Assembly (NCBI RefSeq): GCF_963921235.1
Contig: NC_086108.1
Location: 48,238,001-48,302,000 of the forward strand
Direction: 5' to 3'
Source: Mobula hypostoma
Lineage: Eukaryota
Length of the DNA stretch: 64,000 nucleotides
The position numbers were made by a program, and so were the translations under genes. The notes under the pieces are model-generated. The model had not been told where the DNA came from. It worked only from the letters and a program-made list of their open reading frames with translations, and searched no databases. Below, piece by piece: positions 47,643-60,707 of this stretch. Positions within the stretch are counted from its first letter, which is position 1. Each line of letters opens with the position of its first letter.

Positions 47643-49393
47643 ACTTAAACTACCAGTCGTTGGCAATGAGCTGCTCTGTCTTGTGAGGTGTAAGGAAAAC
47701 ATCAGTCACTGCCATCTACTCTCAAATGATTTAGACTATGGTTATGAAATCAGGCAATAAAATGTGTCATTATCTCTCTCTTGACATTGAATATGGATGG
47801 TGTTTTATGAGAATCATAGTATGGTTACAGCACAGAACATTATTCTGCATGTTGTCCCATCTTCCTACAAGTAAAATCACTAATTCCACCCCTGACTCTT
47901 TATCACCAACGTTGCAATATTTTTCGTCATCATAAATCTATCCATCTCTCTTGGAAAGGCCACAATGGGACCTGACCCCTCCACGTTCACAGGCAGTACT
48001 TTCCAGATTCTGCACGGAAGTTTCTGTTCATGTTATGCTTCCCCTTTTATTTAATACCTGTGACAGCTTGTCCACAATTCCTCCATCAGAGGGTGCAGCC
48101 TCCACCATCCATCCAGATCCTTTATCAGGTTTACTCTGTCTCTTTAATCTGCCTTTGTAACCATCGTCCCTCATCCCAGAAGGTATTCTTGTAAAACTTC
48201 GAAAGTTCTTACATTATTACTCTGATATGATAACCAGTAATGAGCATGTTACTTTAGATGAGGCCAAAGGAAAGGAAAACAAACATGAATGTTACCTGCA
48301 ACACCTTTTAACTATAGCCGCACAGTTACATTTGCAAGGCCAGAGAGTTTGCTGATAGTAAATGTCATTTGATACTAAACAATACCTGTATACAGCAAAC
48401 TTAAAGCTTTTATCATGTTTTTATTGAGCAAAAATTCAAAAATGATGCTACTATATTGATTAAGAGTGTCTAAGCTATCAATGAGGGCTGCTAATCGAAG
48501 AACCTGTGAAAGGACGAAGTATCTCAGACACTAATATCCAGCTTAATTGAATTTTTGCACATGTTGGAAGTGATATCTGGTTAACCCTGCAATAACTGGG
48601 TGCTTGTTGCCTTGCATTACCCCTTCTGCAAAATCCAAATATCTTCATTTGTCCAGGACCACTTACTGTATTATATACAAACCATGGTCAAAAACTCTGA
48701 GAAAACAGGTTTTCAGAGGATTCTGTTCACACGGCCAGCGCGAGTCCTAAAATAAAGTGAGGATGCCCAAAGGAGATGCTGCCAGGTTAGCAGAGAAACA
48801 TACTGAAACATTATTCGGTGATGAGGGCCACAGGCATCATGTTAGTTTGTGCAAAGCCAATAATGGAGAATATTTTCATATAGGGAAGGTGGGTTTGTGG
48901 TGGATGGAGAGGATCAATGGGAAGGATGTGGTGGTGGAATAGCTCCCAATAAGAAACAAGCTGTCACATCCTGAGAGGTAATTTTAGTCATAACCTTGAT
49001 GTTAATGCAGTCTTCCACAATAAGACAGCAAGCACTATTAAAGAGAATGTAACTGAGAAGATTGAAGTGCTGGCTTAGTATAATCTGTATTTCTCTGCAT
49101 ATTTAAAGTTTTGAGCAACAGTTTAGACTCAACTCTCTTCTGCTTGCTTTTAATTTGAATGAAGTAGGTAAAATTGTGCAACAGAGTAGTGTTAATGGAT
49201 ACCACTGTTGGGGAAAATTGAATAATATTTTATATCACAAGTTTCTAACTAAATCCAACAAAGTCAGAGAGTACAATCTCTATTTTGTCCGAAGTGGTTA
49301 CTACTAGATATGGTATCATGCTGAAAGACAGAGATTCTATCTTAAAAAATGTGTTCTTGTGTTCTAAAAATTATGTTATTTGTTGTTCTTTAG

Positions 49394-49666
49394 TTCCTCC
49401 AAGAATTCGGTCTGGACCCCGCATTATAAAAGTCCAAGCAGGTCAAAGGATTGATATCCCCTGCAATGCACAGGGCGTGCCAACTCCCAGCGTAAGCTGG
49501 TATAAAGAAAAGAGTAACATTTCATTCAATAAAGAACAGTACAGTGTGGACACAGAAGGAACGTTGACTATTAAGAAGGTCCAACTCAATGATGATGGAG
49601 TTTATACATGTGTTGCCAAGAATGTGGCTGGACAACATGAAGTAAATACAACTGTACAGGTTCATG
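49394..49666 (+). CDS. HMCN1: Hemicentin-1 exon (complete Ig domain), phase 1>1
   Basis: ttag|TTCCT...CATG|gtaggt; (V)PPRIRSGPRIIKVQAGQRIDIPCNAQG...DDGVYTCVAKNVAG...VQVH; 273 bp. Confidence 0.94.
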
Positions 49667-51534
49667 GTAGGTACCGATGAAAAATAAAGACATTTTTGGC
49701 AAAGTAGTGAAAATATGAAGAGCAAAATGTCCTACCATTGACTGAGTTGAATACTGATCACAAAGGTGTGGAGAACCTTTTGTATAAAATGTTGGTATTC
49801 ACTGGCTCTGCAGGCTTAACTAGCATACACTTTAAAAAGGAAAAATTAATGGTATTAGTCAGAGGTCTTAAAAATTAAGCAATGCCAACATACAACAAAT
49901 AGACCACGTATTTTATTAACTGCAATAATGATATTTTTATAGGAAGCATGGGGACCTGAAAAATTTATCACATAGTACAAAACTTTATGAGTTATGTGAG
50001 CAAAGTTTTTTTTATTAAATCCATCTGACTTATGGAAGTTTGATCGGGGTTTATGCTTGCAGGCCACAAGGCACGTGCGTTCACATTCAATGTCATATAA
50101 AGCTCAATTAACATGACTTGGATATAATCTACATATTTGAAGCCTGAACATTGGAAGTATATTTTAACCAGAGTGTTTAGGTTATTTCTTTGGTAATGTT
50201 GTTGGAAGTCAAGAACGTGTAGATCTCTCCCTAAACTTACTTCCTGAGTGATTGTTGACATCACTACCCCAACTATAGACTAAATGGTTAAGGTTTCTCA
50301 AATATCTCATTCAAATATCTTGCTCCCTCACCGTCCAATGTGGGCTCTATCCCCTCATTTCCTCAGGATTCCCAACCCACAGTTATTATTGTGGACTTCA
50401 CCACCAGTCAACTTCTTGGCCCTCCTAGTTCCTGGTCATCTCTCCAGCAAAGATTCATACCACCCTGGAATGCTCAGCACATTGCCTACCCACTCCCCCA
50501 ATCTTCTTCTCCCTCTTGCAGTCTTATATCCTTTGCTGTGAGGTTGTCTCCATTCTCCCAGCCTTTCCCACCTCTCAAAATTCATCCTCAAATCTTCCTC
50601 TACTTTCCAAAATGCCAAGAGGTCAAAAAAGATTTGCGAATGTTTCTGTATTCGGACCTGCAGCTTCCTCAATGCAAAAGCTTACAGTATTGATGAACTT
50701 TTGCACTGAATTTTCACCGCTCAGGAGAGGCTATTTATGTAGGCCACCTATGTTTTATCATGATCTAATATATGCTTGTATACAAGCATGTGAAAATGCA
50801 TTTTGTTTGCACCATTTTTCAATTTCATCTTCTGCTCCACATTTGGCAATGTCTTGGTCACTAAGTAGATTTTCTTCATTCACTGGATTATTTGGGGATT
50901 GCATTGTCCTGTATATGATTAAATAAATCAGGATAAAACCAATCAAGGTTATGTCCACTGATAGAGATAGTAGAGGATAAGGAGGAGAAGATGATGGTCT
51001 GATGAATTAAATAGGCATAGATTTGGCTGATGAAGCATTGTTAGGAATTATAAAAAGGAAAAAGGGGGCAGAGGCAAGCATATGCTTTTACTTTTGAAGA
51101 GGAGAGTTGGTATGTAAGGAAGCATATATCAGAAGACATGTAACTATTTAGAGTGAAGGGATGGAGCTGCTAACCCCGTTAGTGCTTTTTCAGCATGTGA
51201 ATGATTCAAGGTAGGAGAACCTGATTCAGAACTCAGTGTTCCAATAAGCTGGGGAATTACATTGAATTGAATTGACGTTATTTCTTACATCCTTCACATA
51301 CATGAGTAAAAATCTTTTAATTACATCCCCATCTAAATGTGCAATGTGAAATCATATTAATCTGATGGCCTGGTGGAAGAAGCTGTCCCAGAGCCTGTTA
51401 GTCCTGGCTTTTCTTGGATCATGTACCAGGCTAGACTTGGCACGTGATCTACAACCACAGGGCATTTAGGATAAATTGTGGGGATGTCAAGAAGAAAAGT
51501 AAGGAAAGATAAGTTCCTTTACTAAAAATAACCT

Positions 51535-51770
51535 GCTCATCATGGAGAGATACAGCATAGAGACAGGTCCTTTTGCCTTCGGGTCCACACTGAACATCAA
51601 TCACCTATTTTTCACTGCTCCTACATTAATCCCATTTTTATTTTCACCACATTCTCCTCTACTACTCTCCCCACCCCAGATTTTATCACTCACCTACACA
51701 CAAGGGGCAAATACAATGGCCAATCAATCTACCAACCCTCATGACTTGGGGATCTTTTGTTGGATGTTTT
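51535..51770 (-). mobile_element. Degenerate V-SINE-like fragment
   Basis: caaggggcaaatacaatggccaatcaatctaccaacc resembles 9855-9895. Confidence 0.5.
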
Positions 51771-52482
51771 TAATTGTTTAAAAGTTCTTTTTTTATTTTT
51801 ATTTCCAAATTGCAATTCTTCCCATGCAAACTGCAAGGCAATATACAGTTGTTTACTTCAACATTGAAGGCATTTTAAAAGGTGTGAAAGCTAACATATG
51901 TTTCAGTGATAAAAGCTGCCAAAAGCTTCTCTTTTGCACTGCTGCTATCCTGGGCCTTGCAGTGGACCGCACCACACTTTGGCTCTGAAATCTTTATCAC
52001 AGAATCAGGTGGGTTCAGTGGATTGAACCAACAGCAGATACCAGTAAAACCCCAGCCAATACCAGCATGGAGGCCAGAAAAGGAAATCTGAAACTAAATG
52101 GTTTAGTGGAATAGAGTCAATGGAGCAAGTGATGGAACTCATGGATAAGCTAAAGACAGTGTCTGAGGAATGAGCCAGGTTCAGGTCAGAATAGTGATGT
52201 TGGCTGTACATTAGATATCCAGGAGTTCTTTGCATAATGTAGGAAACGAAGTGGGCAAAAGGTAGCTGAAGGGGAGGGATATTTCAGAAAATGATTGAGC
52301 TGAAGGCTGGATTATCTTTGGATTCCTGGTTGTCCTAAATGTAATAGGTGATTTTTGCAAGAAGATTGAAAATCCAAGCGAAGATTGACTAAACCAGTTG
52401 TGAGTCTTCCAAGCTCATATTTTAGTCTTTTGTTCATGGTGAATTGAATAAATTGTAGGTATTATTTCCATTTTGTTTATAG

Positions 52483-52578
52483 AACCTCCTACTGTTGAAG
52501 ACCCAGGACCTCCATTTAATACTCCTTTCCAAGAGAGAATGGCAAACCAGCGTATTGCATTTCCATGTCCAGCCAAGG
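52483..52578 (+). CDS. HMCN1: Hemicentin-1 exon, phase 1>1
   Basis: atag|AACCT...AAGG|gtatgt; (E)PPTVEDPGPPFNTPFQERMANQRIAFPCPAK; 96 bp. Confidence 0.93.
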
Positions 52579-54087
52579 GTATGTCTATGAAATGCATTAA
52601 TACTGCATTTCGATATCCATTGAATATTGTCAATTGTATTCTCAGTAAAGATGCTTTGTGTTTTAGGTGGTATTATTGCATTACTTTCCAGTGCCCAGAT
52701 TAACACTGCAGGTAGGGAAAATCATGGAATGTCCTGGGGTGCAGAACCTAAAGCTTTCTGTTATATAGGATAACATGGGTTATAGGAACATGCAGGTAAT
52801 ATTCAGCATATGCTATTGAGGATAGATTTGTTGTGAAGTTTCTATGTGCTGTTTTAGTTCATTGTATGCTCTTACAAATATAAGAACTGCAAATGAAATA
52901 TCAGTGGACTCTGAAGTGAGGTGATAGCCTGTCCTTGGGAACACAGCTTTGGGAAGGGTTTATCGTTGATCTTCCACTCTACATGTGAATTTATAGCACT
53001 TTGTCATATCATGATTCACGTGATCTTCTGGGAGATGCTGCACACTGTATCAGGTTGTGCTGTGAGAACTGGCATGATCTCAAATCCACATCATTTTGGT
53101 TAATGTATATGCTGTACTTTATACGTTACCTTTCTCTTGCATGCACACAGCTTTGCTTAATTCCTTGGGATATTGTGAACTCTTTATTTGTCACAGTTTC
53201 ATAGAGTTTGGTATGTAACATAATTCTGGGATAAGAGATAGCTAGGCAGCTTTTTAAAAATAATACTGATTGATTAAAATGTTTTATTATCAAGTTTTGG
53301 TTTGATCCACTGGGAGAATGTCATGGATTGTGTGTGGAGTAGAGTTTGTGAGCTCGAGTCGAAGTTTCTTTCAGACACAATCATCACCCATAATCTTAGT
53401 TCATCCATAATGGTGAGTAGGGGTTAGTAATCCAAACAGTAAGCCAGAGTTTTCAATAGTATGCAACCCGTGGTTCCTAAGTATACCCTGACTATTTGAA
53501 TCAATGCAAAGAGACCAATAGCTGCAGCTTATATGTAACAGATGTTATTGTGTGTTTGCTGTAAAACCATTGATTTCAGTGGGAGTGCCACATAAACTTG
53601 TGTTTTCTGTGTAAAGAAAACCAAATATCTTTTAGAAAGGCCAATTCGCAGAATTAAGGTTCATGGAATAAAGGAACCAGTGATAGCCTGAAAATCAATA
53701 ATTGGCTTAAGGGCAGAAAGCAGGAAATTAATATTCTTTCTTTTCTTTTTAAATCTTTTTATTAAATAAGTTTACAAAAAGGTAAGCCATATAGACACTA
53801 ATACACTGTTAGAATATAATAAAATTACAGAAGATATTAATACAAAAAAAATACTACAAACAATGTAATTTAAACATAACATACCAAGGTAACATAATAG
53901 TATACTAATTTTATATATATATCAATAGAGAAAAGGAAACCCCCCCCCAAAAAAAACCCACCGTGCAACTAACTAAAAGCAAAGCAAAGCAATGGGCTAA
54001 CTTGAAACCAAACAGAGTTAAACTTAAAATCACGTCCTCAATCCCGACCTCCATTAAAAACAGTAAAAAAAACAAGAAGGGTATATA

Positions 54088-57000
54088 TTACATTAAATGA
54101 AAATATTGAATAAAAGATCTCCAAGTCTGTTCAAATTTAAATGAGGAGTCATAAAGATTGCTTCTAATTTTCTCCAGATTCAAGCATAATATCGTCTGAG
54201 AAAACCAAAAAAAGGTAGTTGGAGCATTAAGCTCTTTCCAATGTTGTAAGATACATCTTTTCGCCATTAAAGTAAGAAATGCAATCATTCTACGGGCTGA
54301 AGGGGAGAGATTACTGGAAATTTTAGGTAGTCCAAAGATAGCAGTAATAGGGTGAGGAGAGATATCTATATTCAATACCTTGGAGATAATATTAAAAATG
54401 TCTCTCCAAAAAGTTTCCAAAGTAGGGCAAGACCAAAACATATGAGTTAAAGAGGCTATCTGCCCCGGACATCTATCACAAAAAGGATTAATATGAGAAT
54501 AAAAGCGCGCTAACTTATCTTTGGACATATGTGCTCTATGAACAACTTTAAATTGAATTAGGGAATGTTTAACACAGATAGAGGAAGTATTGACTAATTG
54601 TAAAATCTGCCCCCAGTCATCCACGGAAATGGTAAACCCCAATCCCTGTTCCCAATCTACCCTAATCTTATCAAATGGAGCTTTCCTAAGTTTCATAATA
54701 ATATTATAAATCATAGCCGATGCACCTTTCTGACATGGATTAAGGTTGATTATAGTATCTAAAATGTATGTAGGAGGAAGCATTGGAAAGGAAGAAAGTA
54801 TAGTACTTAGGAAATTTCTAACTTGTAGATATCTAAAAAAATGTATTCTTGATAAGTTATATTTATTAGATAATTGTTCAAAAGACATAAGGGAACCATC
54901 TAAAAATAAATCCAAAAACCGTGAAATACCCTTAGTCTTCCAAATTTGAAAAGCACGATCCATAAAAGAGGGAGGAAAAAATATGTTACCTAAAATAGGA
55001 ATCGCTAACCCAAATTGATTAAGATCAAAAAATTTTCTGAATTGAAACCAAATACGCAAGGTATATTTAACTATCGGGTTAGACACCTGTTTAAGGCGTT
55101 TCCAATCAAAAGGAAGAGAGGAACCTAAAATAGAGCCAAGTGTAAAACCCTGAACAGATTGTAATTCCAATGCTACCCATTTAGGAATGGATAGTATATC
55201 CTGGTCCAATAACCAGAATTTCATATGTCGAATATTAATTGCCCAATAATAAAATCTAAAGTTAGGTAATGCTAAGCCTCCATCTCTCTTAGCTTTCTGT
55301 AAATGTGTTTTACCCAGTTTCGGGTTTTTATTCTGCCAAATAAATGAAGAAATTTTAGAGTCGACTTTGTCAAAAAAAGATTTTGGAACAAAGATTGGTA
55401 ATGCCTGAAATATATATAAAAATTTTGGCAAAAAAAACATCTTAACTGCATTAATACGACCAATCAAAGTTAAATATAAAGGAAACCATTTAGATGAAAG
55501 TTGAGTAATATGGTCTATTAATGGTAAAAAGTTAGTCTTAAATAAATCTTTGTATTTACAAGTAATTTTAATCCCAAGATATGAAAAATAATTATTAATA
55601 AATTTAAATGGAAATTTATAATATAAGGGAAGTTGTTTATTAATCGGAAAGAGTTCACTCTTACTAAGATTTAATTTATAACCTGAAAAAAGACCAAATT
55701 GTGCTAATAACTCTAAAACAGCCGGGATGGATTTTTGAGGATTAGAAATATATAAAAGTAAATCATCAGCATAGAGTGATAATTTATGGGACTTTAAGCC
55801 CCGAGTTTCCCAGTAATATTTGGAGATTCTCGAATGGCAATTGCAAGAGGTTCTAATGCAATATCAAATAATAAGGGACTAAGAGGACAACTTTGTCGAG
55901 TACCTCGAAAAAGAGGGAAAAAAGGTGAACTTAAAGAGTTAGTACGAACCGAGCCCACAGGAGAATAATATAAGAGTTTAATCCAGGATATAAATTCCGA
56001 GCTAGAATTAAACATTTCAAGCACCTTAAATAAATAAGGCCATTCTACTCTATCAAAAGCTTTCTCGGCATCTAAAGAGATAACACACTCAGGAACATTT
56101 TGTGAGGGAGTATAAACGATATTTAACAGTGGACGAATATTATAAAAAGAGTAACGACCTTTAATAAAACCCGTTTGGTCTTCCGAAATAATAGAGGGAA
56201 GTACTTTTTCTAATCTATTTGCTAATAACTTAGAAAAAACTTTAGAATCAACATTTAATAAAGATATTGGTCTATAAGATGCACATTGAGCAGGATCTTT
56301 ATCCTTCTTTAATATTAAAGAGATTGACGCTCTATTAAAAGATTCAGGAAGTTTACCAAGTTTCAATGAAGCCTCAAAAACCCTACAGAGCCAAGGGATT
56401 AATGAACGAGCAAAACATTTATAAAATTCTACGGTAAGCCCATCAGGGCCAGGAGCTTTCCCCAAATTCATAGAGAAAATAACATTCTTAATCTCATCCA
56501 TGGTAATGGAAGTATCTAACATAGAAGCCATATCCTGTGAAATCTCAGGGAAGTCTAAATTATCTAAAAAATCATTCATATATTTAGAATCTCGAGGAGA
56601 CTCTGCTTGATATAAGGAAGAGTAAAAATCACAGAAGGTTTGATTAATCCCCACATGATCAAGTATCAGTCGATCATTTTGGTTATAAATCTGATTAATT
56701 TGAGATTTAGCATAATTAGACTTCAATTGATTAGCCAACAGTTTGACAATTTTGTCACTGTGTACATAAAATTCACTTCTTGTTTTCTTTAATTGGTTTA
56801 CAATCGAGGACGAGAGTAATAAACTGTGTTCCATTTGGAGTTCAGTTCTTTGTTTATATAACTCCTCAGAAGGAGCTATAACATATTTCTTATCAATTTC
56901 CTTAATCTTGTCCACAATTACCAACTCCTCCTGCTTCTGCTTCTTCCTCAAAGCAGCAGAATACGAGATAATCTGACCACGAATATAAGCTTTAAAAGTG

Positions 57001-57863
57001 TCCCAAAGAGTGTTAACAGAAATATCCTCTGTATGGTTAATTGTAAAAAAAAGATCAATCTGTTCATTCATAAAGTTAACAAAGTCCGAGTCCTGAAGCA
57101 ACAACAAATTAAAACGCCATTGTCTATTATTTTGTATGTTGGCCAGAATTTTAATAGAAAGCTTAAGTGGAGCATGATCCGAAATGGTTATAGAATCATA
57201 ATCACATTTAATCACTGAGGAAATAAGACGAGAATCAATAAAGAAATAATCAATTCTTGAATAGGAATGATGAACATATGAAAAAAAAGAAAAATCTTTT
57301 TCCTGAGGATGCAAAAAACGCCAAATGTCCGTCGACCCAGAATCAGAAAGGAATGAATTAATCAAAGTTGCAGATTTATTAGGTAAGGTCCGTAAAGGAG
57401 CCGAATGGTCCAAAGCTGGAGACAAACAGGTATTAAGATCTCCGCCCCAGATCAATGAAAACTCATTCAAATTCGGAAACTGATTAAATAATGATTTATA
57501 AAATTCCGGACAGTCCATATTAGGAGCATAAACATTAACCAAAACTACTTTTTTATTAAATAGTAAACCACTAACCAATAGAAATCTACCATTCGGATCA
57601 GAAATAATATCATGTTGTATAAAAGTAACTGAGGAGTCTATAAAAATAGAGATGCCTCGAATCTTAGCATTGGAGTTCGAATGAAACTGTTGACCCTTCC
57701 AGAATTTAAAAAAACGTAGTCTGTCCCCCCTCCGCACATGGGTCTCTTGTAAGAATAAAATTTGTGCTTTAAGTCTCCGGAACACTTTAAAAACTTTTTT
57801 CCTTTTAATAGGATGATTAAGACCATTAGTATTCCAGGAGACAAAATTAATAATAGACTCCAT
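54088..57863 (-). pseudogene. L1 ORF2p (APE + RT + CCHC) with a single 1-bp frameshift at ~55808
   Basis: SWNTNGLN, LQETH, GDLN, RIDY, SDH, YRPISLLN, DAEKAFD, CPLSP. After the frameshift, HKLSLYADD... reads open into ORF 54088..55467 (CDRC...HMFWSC). Confidence 0.9.
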
Positions 57864-58577
57864 AAACCCTAAAGTCAACCCACAACAAGGAGGATTGACG
57901 ATAGGCTCGACCCACGAACCCGGAGAGGGAACAGAACATACAAGAGATACCGGGAAGAAGAACACAACCAATACTTCAATAATGTATATAGCCCAAGAAG
58001 AAAGAAACTAAAACGTGAAGCCCCTCCCACCACCCCCCAGCCCATAACCTCAAGGCTAAATCTAACGCAGACCAGCCCGAAAGAAGCAAGCACTAAAACT
58101 ACCCCCATGACTTCCGGTATACGCTCCCTAAAAAAAAAGTGTAAATATAAAAAAGATCAGCTGATTATAAAACAGTAAAAGAATAAAAAAAAAGTTAACT
58201 CAATTAAAATAAACACATAACAGAATAAAAGCCAGAAAATATATAAAAAAACCACAATAAACCCCAGACCCATGAATAAACAGAACAACAAAAAAAATAA
58301 GATTATTAACATAAACTAATTATAAAAACCTACGAAACAAAATAGATTTTAAAAAAAACTACAAAATTTAAGGCCACAAAGGAAATACATAAAATGACAA
58401 TAAGGAAGTAACCACCCAGAATCCCCTGGGAAAAAGAAAGAAATAACGCAGTTAAAAAAAAGTTTAGCAACCATATTAAGTAATCAAAAATAAACTTTTC
58501 TGCCCAAATAAGGCAAAAAAAATTAAGACCGACAAATTCACAGCCTCCAATCAACGGAGATAGTTAAAAAATTACAA

Positions 58578-59441
58578 TTAAGATGTTGAAGGTGAAAATT
58601 GATCCAGATAACTCTGGGCATCCGATGGAGAGTCAAAAAAACGGAGGGCTCCATCCAACGTACAAATCCTTAGACGTGCAGGGTAAAGAAGCGCTGGTCT
58701 TAAATCCATCTTGTAGAGTTCCGACATCACAGATCTGTAACGAACCCGTTGATCCCGGATTGGTTTACTGAAATCTTCCACGAATCGGAACTTAAGATCC
58801 AAAAAATCAATGAAACCTTTAGATCGAACGAATCGAAACAGTTTCTCCTTGTCTTGAAAGTAATGAAACCGTAAAATGACATGTCGAGGTTTATCTGACC
58901 TAAGCGAGTATGATGGAACTCTGTGAACGCGATCCAATAGCGGTGGTTGGTCAGGAAATACAGTAGGAAATGCATCTTTTAAAAGTTGAGAAAAATACTT
59001 CATAGGGTTATCAGATTCAACAGCTTCATGCACCCCGATCATTCGTAGATTCTGCCGTCGCATTCTAGATTCTAAGTCAGAGTTTTTAAAGGTCAAAAAG
59101 TCAAGTTTCTTCTTCATTACATTAATTGTTTCTTCGATTTTCCCCATCTTAAGCTCACTTTGTTGCGTGGATATTTGAAGATCAGATATAGCCGACTGAT
59201 GTTCCGTAATAGATGTTTGTATCTTATTGATTGAATCGGCAATTTTCTGGAAATTAATTGAAATTTCCGCACGAATCAGCTCCGTAACAGAGGTTGAAAT
59301 TTCCCTTTGAATTAACTCCGATATAGCTTTCAAAGTCACCGGTGGTTCAGTCGGAGGGAAATCAATACCTTTCGGTTTAACCGGAGGTTTGCCATCCTTC
59401 CCGTTTTTCCCATTCTTAGACATAGCAGACCTTAAACGCAT
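58578..59441 (-). CDS. L1 ORF1p (coiled coil + RRM + CTD), intact
   Basis: DLESRMRRQNLRMIG, RVHR, PRHV, LLYPARLRI motifs; 287 aa. Confidence 0.9.
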   Translation of the reverse strand: MRLRSAMSKNGKNGKDGKPPVKPKGIDFPPTEPPVTLKAISELIQREISTSVTELIRAEISINFQKIADSINKIQTSITEHQSAISDLQISTQQSELKMGKIEETINVMKKKLDFLTFKNSDLESRMRRQNLRMIGVHEAVESDNPMKYFSQLLKDAFPTVFPDQPPLLDRVHRVPSYSLRSDKPRHVILRFHYFQDKEKLFRFVRSKGFIDFLDLKFRFVEDFSKPIRDQRVRYRSVMSELYKMDLRPALLYPARLRICTLDGALRFFDSPSDAQSYLDQFSPSTS

Positions 59442-59610
59442 CCAGTTATCGAAGAGCCCAATTTATTTCAAAGTATTGTAAAAGTTGATGCCTTAATGGT
59501 TAATTAAAATATAGCTGATCATAAGAAAAAAAACTCAGAGGTAATGGAGCGAGTCAAGAACGCGACTTCACTCCATGAGCGCTACTGGAAGTCCTCCGGA
59601 AATTAATATT

Positions 59611-60400
59611 AATAGTTGTTTGCAGACAAGAGGAAAGTAACCATCTCCAAGTATCAGGGCTAAGACCACTGTTTTTTATGATTAAATTAACATGAGGATG
59701 CTGGATAAAGTTCCAAAATTTTAGTAGAAGCTACCAGAGGATATGGACGGGCAAGTGGCAGAATAAATTTAAAAAGAACTGTGAAGTGGTGCATTTCTGG
59801 CAGAAGGAAAGGGAAAAGACGATGTAGGCTAAATGTTAACCCATTCTAAAGGATGTGCACACATTGCCTTTAACTTTGAAAATGCTGTCACGTAAGAAAG
59901 CTGTTAATAAAGCATATGGAATCCTGAGCTTTATACAGAGACGTGAATATGATGTGAAACCTTTATAACGTGCTGGTTAAACCAAATTGAGAGTACTGCA
60001 TCCAATTCTAGATGTCATGTTTCAGAATGGATCTGAAAATCCTGAAGAGATTTCAGAAGAGGTTCATTTGTATGGTTCATGGGATGAGGGATTCCAGCTG
60101 CAAAAGTGGAGGAACGGAAACTTCAGGGGAGATTTGATCAAGTATACAATTGTGACTGATTTAAAATGGGTAAAAAGAGAGAAGTTGTCAACATTACCAC
60201 TGGCTTGAGAGTCGACACAGGCAGATACAAAATAATTTGCATATGGGAAATATGAAAAATTTCCTTTGTTTTGCATGCACAGAGTGAATTCAATGCCTGT
60301 GAGGGCAACTGGAACAAATTTAATTGAGAATTTTAGAAGGGACTTGAATATGTACTTGTGGAAAATGAAGTTGTAGAGTTGGGGGTGGGGGTGGGGAAGA
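59611..60400 (+). mobile_element. Very old CR1 fragment, continuing 53590-53735 and split by the L1
   Basis: aattggcttaagggcagaaagcagg|L1|...tgtgaagtggtgcatttc...ggagatttgat. Confidence 0.55.
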
Positions 60401-60649
60401 GCATGAAATACAACTGAAATGGATGCCTTACAATAAGCTAACTGCCTCAGGTGAAGAATTAACAACCAGAACTAATATGAAGGCATCTCCATAAACAAAG
60501 AGTAGAGAGAAACACTCTAGCAGATAACTTTAAACTCAAATCTCAATTATTAATCAAAGAATTTAGTGGAATTAAAAGATTGTCATACTTCATTATACCT
60601 ATTTCGAAGGAGACAGATACCCTACTGCTTATAATGAATCTGCATTGTG

Positions 60650-60707
60650 ATGGTCCATAAAGCTCTGCTATCAACATTACAGTGGGTAGCAGAGCTTTAT
60701 ACACCAT
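60650..60707. other. Inverted repeat / hairpin
   Basis: atggt-cc-ataaagctctgctatc...ggtagcagagctttat-ac-accat; 14-bp perfect core. Confidence 0.8.

Larger units (their letters stand above)
53736..59597 (-). mobile_element. Full-length L1-clade LINE (~5.86 kb), antisense to the host gene
   Basis: 13-bp TSD ggaaattaatatt at 53723-53735 and 59598-59610. 5' end ggaggacttccagtagcg. AATAAA and A-rich tail at 53736-53763. ORF1 and ORF2 present. Confidence 0.95.

Noticed and set aside
57864..57971. N-terminal extension of L1 ORF2 in the ORF track
   Set aside because: It starts at a non-ATG codon in the spacer; APE homology begins at ATG 57863.
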